IMG/VR virus record: IMGVR_UViG_3300020465_000014
Location: 1,450 to 65,449 of that record
Length of the DNA stretch: 64,000 bases
From: a virus
Taxonomy: Duplodnaviria > Caudoviricetes
Direction: 5' to 3' (one strand)
Under the pieces are notes generated by a model. It had not been told where the DNA came from, ran no database searches, and saw only the letters and a program-made list of their open reading frames with translations. The position numbers and the translations under genes are program-made. This document shows positions 58,775 through 64,000 of the stretch, one piece after another; position 1 is the stretch's first letter; each line of letters begins with the position of its first letter.

Positions 58775-59061
58775 GCAAAAAAGCAAGCGCAAAGAGATTA
58801 TCAGAATTATTAGGAATACCAGAACATAAGCCGATTGTAGGAGGAACACTATCGAGAGATTGGCTGTTTACTTTGTATGAAGCAATCGTCAAACAATGTG
58901 AAAACCATCCAGGAGAGCTACAAGACAAAAAGTTGGGAAAACACAAGTTGGTTATTGCCATGTTTGACGTTTTAGAATTGCCAGGCGCAGAGAATCATAT
59001 TTCTGCAGGTGGAACAGTCAAAGGATCTGCTTTGGTTGAAATAATCCAGGCTTTAGAATAA
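58771..59061 (+). CDS. Hypothetical protein
   Basis: ATGA-coupled ORF. Confidence 0.65.
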   Translation: MSKKASAKRLSELLGIPEHKPIVGGTLSRDWLFTLYEAIVKQCENHPGELQDKKLGKHKLVIAMFDVLELPGAENHISAGGTVKGSALVEIIQALE

Positions 59062-61443
59062 TCATTGAATGTTAAAACGCTTTTTGTAATCAGCAATCGA
59101 TGCAGATTTAGTGGACTTATTCCAAAGTATGAACCTGGATAAAGCACCTGCTGAAGTAGGGTCATTCCAGTTCTCATTTACTTGATGTCGCTTGAGATAA
59201 TTGCGCTTTCTAATCGGGTCATTGTGCAGGGTATAGTCAGAATATCCTCTGCCACCAAAATGTGTTGTCTTCTTCGAACCATCATCAAAGGTAAAAACTG
59301 CCTTCATTTTTTTCGAATCCAAATTGGAAGTTGAAAATTGAACGTCTGCGATCTCTTTCCTTTTCATGTATATTGGGAAAATCTTTGGCTTCTTCTTCTT
59401 GCCATCCAAAATCCTACGCCTCCGTCCTTTGGACATATCGCTGATAGGCCATTTTATTTTGCCAGCCTTTGTGAATCCTGGTGAACGCCAAGATGTCGAA
59501 AGGCGAATTGGCCTTGTTAATGGCGATTCCATATCCAAATTATTTTCCTTCGATTTGTAGTTCGAATCTAATTCTGTCTTAGGCCAGCCAAAGTTCAAAT
59601 TATCGACATCGAATCCAGCATTCCATGCTTTATTCCAGATTGGGTCTTTACCTCGTCTTCCGTAAATAACACGGGTTCGCAAATTTTCGTCTTTGGCTTT
59701 GCTGAAATCAAAGGAAACATAGACGGCCTCGTAATCTTTGAAACTTAGAACTCTTGCACGAAGTTTGACTCCATCAGCGTCAGAACCTTTTGGGAATCGA
59801 ATAGCTCTAATTTGTTCAGCATAGTCCTTTGCGGCCTTTCTCCTATCAATTAAGCCCAAATTAGGGTCAGTAATCGCATTGATTGTGTAAGGCGTATATG
59901 TCTTCTTTCCCTTAGTTTGGGTTTCAAATAAACGAGTTCTCAAAGGACTTCTTCCAGGTCGCAATAGATCCTTTGCTCTTTTCTCATTTTCTCGAACCAT
60001 GTCTTCAAACGTCTTTGAATTGTTGGAGTCCTTGTCTGAAATCCAGCGCCCTTTTTTGTTGTCCCACTTTAGCAATTTAGCCTGTTCAGCACCCTTCCGT
60101 TTGAGAAAAAATGCTGGTGGCGGTAGCACCAGGTTTCTATCGAAAAATTGTTCAGCATTGAAATCTTCACCAACATAAACAGCGTCTTCATTTACTCCAT
60201 TGTTTTCAAGTATTTCCTGTCTCCTTTTCAGAGATTCTTCTAATCTTGTAATCAAGGCAATGTGCATCGGAGATCCTAATTCAAACGATTTTTCATCCCA
60301 ATCCTTGTAATCTTGCCACCACCACTTGCCGTCAATATCCTTAGATGGCAAGTATTTGCGAGTATCGAAATCTCCCTCATAACTCTGCAGTTTCATTGCT
60401 TCCAACAAAACAGGAATCTCTTTTTGTAATTCATCAAGTTCTTGTTTTCTGGAGTTTATTTCATACCAATCTGCAGAAGCCCTTGAAGTATCAATCAATT
60501 CATTGGTATTATCAGTAATTTTTCTGCGTGAAAATCCCTTTCCGCCACGTCCAGAAGTAGGCGAATCCAAAGAACCCGTATAATCGTCATTGAGAGCCTC
60601 TTGTATTCTCATTCGTAAAGGCTCGTCAACATCGACTGGATTACCCATGCGATCTGTAAAAATTAGATTATCCCCTCGATATAGGCTTCTTCTTTTGCCA
60701 TTGGGTTCTCCTTTGGTCTTTCCCGATTCAATCCCATTTCTGTATCTTACTCCGATTTCCAGTCCTTCATCATCCAACCAGACATCTTCCATCTCAACTC
60801 GAATATCGGCATTTGCCAATATCTCAAATCCTTCTTTTGCGATTTTTTGTTTTTCGAATCGACTTCCACCTTTTTGAGTTTGATTTTCAATCCATTCATT
60901 GAGTTCAGTATCAGACAACTTGCGAAGATATGGTTGCCTTCTAAGTCCTTCGTTAGCCAAAGCATCTGCGGCTTCGGCAAGCAATCTTGCATTTTCTGCC
61001 TTTTTCCGTAAATCTTCAATATCGTATGCAGATGCAATTTGCTGTTCTAAACTTAGGTTTCCTTCGACATCGACATTTCTAACCCATTTGACTCGAACAC
61101 TTTGCTGAACACTACCCCTCAAAGGAACATCAAGGTATCTTGAGCCTTTTTTACGGACTGGATATTTTATTTTACGTTCTAATTGTTGTGCAACGTATCG
61201 AGGGTCGAATCTATCTCTAAACTCAGGTTTAATTCTGACCGCTATGAAGTTTCTCGGCAGATCGTCAAGTTCCATAGAAGAATCATATTGGAATACTCTG
61301 CCACCAATACGGACAATTATTGCATCTCCATCTTGTAGCTCTTTCTTCGGTTTAGTTGCCGCCCTCTCTCTGGAAGTTCTTGCCGCCGCACCTGTCCAAA
61401 TGACTTCATCTTGCCAAACTTCGGCAATATCGTTCAACTTCAT
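59062..61443 (-). CDS. Chimeric protein: HsdS-TRD-like N-terminus, internal divergent tag, C-terminal DUF5754-like domain
   Basis: MKLNDIAEV...GDAIIVRIG...DPRYV...GSVQQSV...LSLEQQ; AAKDYAEQIR...RARVL...AVYV; THFGGRGYSDYT...YLKRH...SAGALSRFILW. Confidence 0.7.
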   Translation of the reverse strand: MKLNDIAEVWQDEVIWTGAAARTSRERAATKPKKELQDGDAIIVRIGGRVFQYDSSMELDDLPRNFIAVRIKPEFRDRFDPRYVAQQLERKIKYPVRKKGSRYLDVPLRGSVQQSVRVKWVRNVDVEGNLSLEQQIASAYDIEDLRKKAENARLLAEAADALANEGLRRQPYLRKLSDTELNEWIENQTQKGGSRFEKQKIAKEGFEILANADIRVEMEDVWLDDEGLEIGVRYRNGIESGKTKGEPNGKRRSLYRGDNLIFTDRMGNPVDVDEPLRMRIQEALNDDYTGSLDSPTSGRGGKGFSRRKITDNTNELIDTSRASADWYEINSRKQELDELQKEIPVLLEAMKLQSYEGDFDTRKYLPSKDIDGKWWWQDYKDWDEKSFELGSPMHIALITRLEESLKRRQEILENNGVNEDAVYVGEDFNAEQFFDRNLVLPPPAFFLKRKGAEQAKLLKWDNKKGRWISDKDSNNSKTFEDMVRENEKRAKDLLRPGRSPLRTRLFETQTKGKKTYTPYTINAITDPNLGLIDRRKAAKDYAEQIRAIRFPKGSDADGVKLRARVLSFKDYEAVYVSFDFSKAKDENLRTRVIYGRRGKDPIWNKAWNAGFDVDNLNFGWPKTELDSNYKSKENNLDMESPLTRPIRLSTSWRSPGFTKAGKIKWPISDMSKGRRRRILDGKKKKPKIFPIYMKRKEIADVQFSTSNLDSKKMKAVFTFDDGSKKTTHFGGRGYSDYTLHNDPIRKRNYLKRHQVNENWNDPTSAGALSRFILWNKSTKSASIADYKKRFNIQ

Positions 61444-61868
61444 ACATAGTCACCAAATGAAATGTAGTCCAGGACAACCCAATATGCCAAAGAGAAAAAC
61501 AACGGTATCGAGCCGAGTATGATGTAGGGTTCAATGCTTTCCTCCAGGTCGGAGAAATCTATTCCAGCGAAAAGGCCAAACAAAGGTAATGCCGAAGTAA
61601 GAAGACAAACAGTAATCCAACCAATGCCTGAAGCAATTGTATTGTAATCCACGTTAAACAATTCTTGAATTGTAGTAATGGTAGCGAAACCGATCAAAGC
61701 GACAATAATTGGTATGACTATGAAAACAACAATTGCCTCTCCACCAGATAACGCATTGTCGTTATTTGTAAAAATAGAGATGGCAAGGAACATAACTGCA
61801 GTCAGAAAAGTTCCAGACAAAAACGCTCTAAGCAAATTACGATACATTCTTTCGAAAATTGTCGTCAT
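61440..61868 (-). CDS. 4-TM membrane protein
   Basis: Hydrophobic segments; ATGA coupling on both sides. Confidence 0.75.
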   Translation of the reverse strand: MTTIFERMYRNLLRAFLSGTFLTAVMFLAISIFTNNDNALSGGEAIVVFIVIPIIVALIGFATITTIQELFNVDYNTIASGIGWITVCLLTSALPLFGLFAGIDFSDLEESIEPYIILGSIPLFFSLAYWVVLDYISFGDYV

Positions 61869-63988
61869 AATCTCATTCTCCTGTTTCCAATGTATATTCC
61901 ATGACCGCCTGTTTTGGTGTGAATGACCCTGGCGTTGAATCCCCTTCTTCGAATAGCATTAGCAAAGGCTCTTGCCTGGTTCTTTGAATGAGAAGCGGCT
62001 AAACGCCTGTAATACGTCTTGTCGATTCTTCTTGACTGAAGCGCACGTTGTAATCTCCTGGTGTATGGAGGGTTTCCATCTTTGTCTAACAAGTCAGGTC
62101 TCGGCCTCAAATAAGCGGCATGACGAGGCTTTCCAGAGTTTGTCCTTCCCAGGTATGAGTATTCGACCATCGTATTCTTTGCTGGAGGCTTTTCTCTATC
62201 TGCATCAGTCAATCCAGCACCGAGTTTGAAGGTTTGACCGTCTCTCATTTTGATAATCAAAGAGCCAACTTTACCCTCATTTCGATTCAATCCCTCCTCA
62301 TATCCGACAACCAAACCATCTTCGTCTTTGGCCTTTTTCAATTTCTTCAGAGAACTTGTGCGAGTAGCTTGATATTGTGAATCTGGATCTCTAATCATAG
62401 CACCTTCGCCATCCAAAGTATCGATAATGAAATCTCTAAACTCTGTGAAAAAGGCTTGAGTATAGTCGCCATCCTCTCCATCTTTTGTTTTTTCAGGCGC
62501 AGTTCCAAACTCATAGATGCCACCGTTATATTCAATTGAATCGTATATTGGTATGTCCACGTTCTTGTAAGTTGGAAAATTAGAGAATACAGGTGAATAT
62601 TGTTTAGCAAGAGTAATTATTGGTCGGTCTTGAGTTTCATAATCATCTCCAAACGTAATTCCATTTTCAGCATCTCTCGCCCAAACATCAGCATCAAAAT
62701 CAGTCATGCTGATTTTCCAATTAACCCCATCATCCGATACCTGCCAACCAATCTTCTTCGCCATCGAAGCCTTCTGCCTCCAATTCTTCTTCTTCCAATA
62801 AGATTTAGCGTATTTTTCGTAATCTTCAAGCAATTTCCAAACTGGCGGAACTTTGTTGCTTCCGTAGGTTTGCTTGATGAATTGAGGATGAAGACGTAGC
62901 ATTTCATCAATGGTCTGCGCTCTCGTTAGGGATTTTGCCTTCTTTCCATCTTTGGTAGTCCTATCCAATGTTGCATACGGATATGCAAGGATTAGTTCAT
63001 GTCCAGGATAAGTCAAATCATTGCCGCCAATCATAGCGGCGAGTTTGTAGTAAACATCTTCGAATGTTCCAGCGCCGTATGATTCATCGTATAGATCTGG
63101 AGAATCAAAAACAACGTAGGTTATTTTCTCCCATCGGTCAGCGTCATAATTTTTTGATTCCTTCCTGGTTCTTACTATGCTGTTTGCTTCTTCGAGTTTG
63201 TTGCGACCTACAAACAACTCGCCGTCAAGAGCTATCTTTGGTAATTCTCTTGTGAACCATTCTGGTGCATCAACATCTTCTCCGTTTTTTGTGACGAACT
63301 TTTTACCATCCCATACTGCTCTAAGACCATCAAATTTTTCTGAAATCCACCAGTCACCTTCTTTGAATTTGCCTTCTGCCTTAATCTGTTCTAAGAACTT
63401 GGGTGCGGTGGCCTTGCCTTTCATAATTCTCGGCTGTTCTGGAGTAGTTTCTCGCAATTTTTTCTGACGATCTGCTTTGGATTTACTTCTTTTCGAATCG
63501 AACATACTGCCCTCTGCAGTATATCCCTTGTTGTTTTTCTCAAGCCATTTTTTACGAGCAAATGCTACTGCTTCAGCCTTTGATTTGAACATCTTGTCTT
63601 GCTCTCTCAAGTTTGAACCTGTTTTGCCATAATTGATTCTAACCATCCAGGGAATACCCAAAGACGGTGCAGATGCAATCAACCTTATTCTGTATTCTTT
63701 GTCGGATTTTGCGTCTTTGTAAGTCAACCTGGGTAGATCGTGACTGTCGCCTCTCTTCATTCCAGTAGGGACATCGAGCAAGCCATCATTAAATGCCTTA
63801 GCGACCGCAGGAACTTCTCTCGCATCATTCCATTTTTGAACCGCATCAAGAAGCCAGGCTTTGTTTTTATTTGTGTTTTTCAGAATAGGTTTGTTAGCCA
63901 TTGGGCCTCGATTTCCATAAGTGATTTTGTTTTCAACAACGTAATCAATCAACTGCTTTCTCGTCATTTTTTCGAAGTTATCACTCAT
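61865..63988 (-). CDS. lig: ATP-dependent DNA ligase with WGR-like domain, large internal insertion and C-terminal tag
   Basis: EKFDG (motif I), LDGEL, VFD, EGAMIR, KLK and OB domain; YGKTG...KNNKGY WGR-like pattern. Confidence 0.9.
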   Translation of the reverse strand: MSDNFEKMTRKQLIDYVVENKITYGNRGPMANKPILKNTNKNKAWLLDAVQKWNDAREVPAVAKAFNDGLLDVPTGMKRGDSHDLPRLTYKDAKSDKEYRIRLIASAPSLGIPWMVRINYGKTGSNLREQDKMFKSKAEAVAFARKKWLEKNNKGYTAEGSMFDSKRSKSKADRQKKLRETTPEQPRIMKGKATAPKFLEQIKAEGKFKEGDWWISEKFDGLRAVWDGKKFVTKNGEDVDAPEWFTRELPKIALDGELFVGRNKLEEANSIVRTRKESKNYDADRWEKITYVVFDSPDLYDESYGAGTFEDVYYKLAAMIGGNDLTYPGHELILAYPYATLDRTTKDGKKAKSLTRAQTIDEMLRLHPQFIKQTYGSNKVPPVWKLLEDYEKYAKSYWKKKNWRQKASMAKKIGWQVSDDGVNWKISMTDFDADVWARDAENGITFGDDYETQDRPIITLAKQYSPVFSNFPTYKNVDIPIYDSIEYNGGIYEFGTAPEKTKDGEDGDYTQAFFTEFRDFIIDTLDGEGAMIRDPDSQYQATRTSSLKKLKKAKDEDGLVVGYEEGLNRNEGKVGSLIIKMRDGQTFKLGAGLTDADREKPPAKNTMVEYSYLGRTNSGKPRHAAYLRPRPDLLDKDGNPPYTRRLQRALQSRRIDKTYYRRLAASHSKNQARAFANAIRRRGFNARVIHTKTGGHGIYIGNRRMRL
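61887..61951. repeat. 65-bp dispersed repeat (tag-coding), copy 2
   Basis: 61/65 identical to 29516-29580. Confidence 0.9.
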
Positions 63989-64000
63989 CGACCTCTCCCC

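Larger units (their letters stand above)
1..64000. mobile_element. Segment of a large archaeal virus-like/extrachromosomal element (probable Thermoplasmatota/Marine Group II host, probably non-tailed and enveloped)
   Basis: Dense, mostly hypothetical co-oriented genes; phage-type families (GP88, DUF932, DUF3846, small Zn-finger ORFs); archaeal SD and TATA signals; Zot/A32-like ATPase; no cellular housekeeping genes. Confidence 0.8.

Noticed and set aside
59062-61443. Functional type I restriction-modification system
   Set aside because: Single TRD-like domain in a chimeric protein; no hsdM or hsdR seen in the window
62450-63080. Intein within the ligase insertion
   Set aside because: No recognisable N-terminal C/S splice motif, C-terminal HN motif or LAGLIDADG motif
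443-63988. Tag as a true peptidoglycan-binding SPOR domain, implying a bacterial host
   Set aside because: Only half-domain length, on proteins without signal peptides, in a genome with archaeal expression signals; the resemblance is treated as structural only

Overview
The whole window looks like part of a large virus-like or extrachromosomal element of an archaeon, most likely a Thermoplasmatota / Marine Group II (Poseidoniales)-type host. Evidence: GGTGA/GGAGG Shine-Dalgarno sites, TATA-like boxes about 25-30 bp ahead of apparently leaderless starts, DUF3860-like winged-helix proteins, a heliorhodopsin and TSP3-like D-rich repeats. I see no housekeeping genes, rRNA, canonical tRNA, CRISPR array, terminase, portal or HK97 capsid. 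There is a morphogenesis-like set: two large paralogous surface proteins (signal peptide plus a 5-TM C-terminal anchor), a stand-alone copy of that anchor, several membrane proteins and a Zot/A32-type FtsK-HerA ATPase. This suggests a non-tailed, enveloped particle. The main discovery is a ~50-60 aa basic SPOR-like module (R-x-F/I-D/N-G-x-x-Y/F...K-x-x-A-x-x-x-A-x-x-h-R-x-x-G-x-N-A-R-V...Y-V-G). It is grafted, almost always at the N- or C-terminus, onto about 20 otherwise unrelated proteins: heliorhodopsin, DNA ligase, GP88, TusA-domain, ART-like, zincin, HsdS-like/DUF5754 and acidic proteins. It also occurs as an unannotated stand-alone 57-aa gene (443-616), and two copies 32 kb apart are 61/65 nt identical. 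A 12-bp box (AAGTGTGCATCT in gene orientation) sits 51-54 bp upstream of the first gene of the operons carrying the surface proteins and most tagged proteins. My hypothesis is a modular address-label system that loads co-expressed cargo into particles for delivery to the next cell. All family assignments are by eye from motifs and need HMM or structure confirmation.
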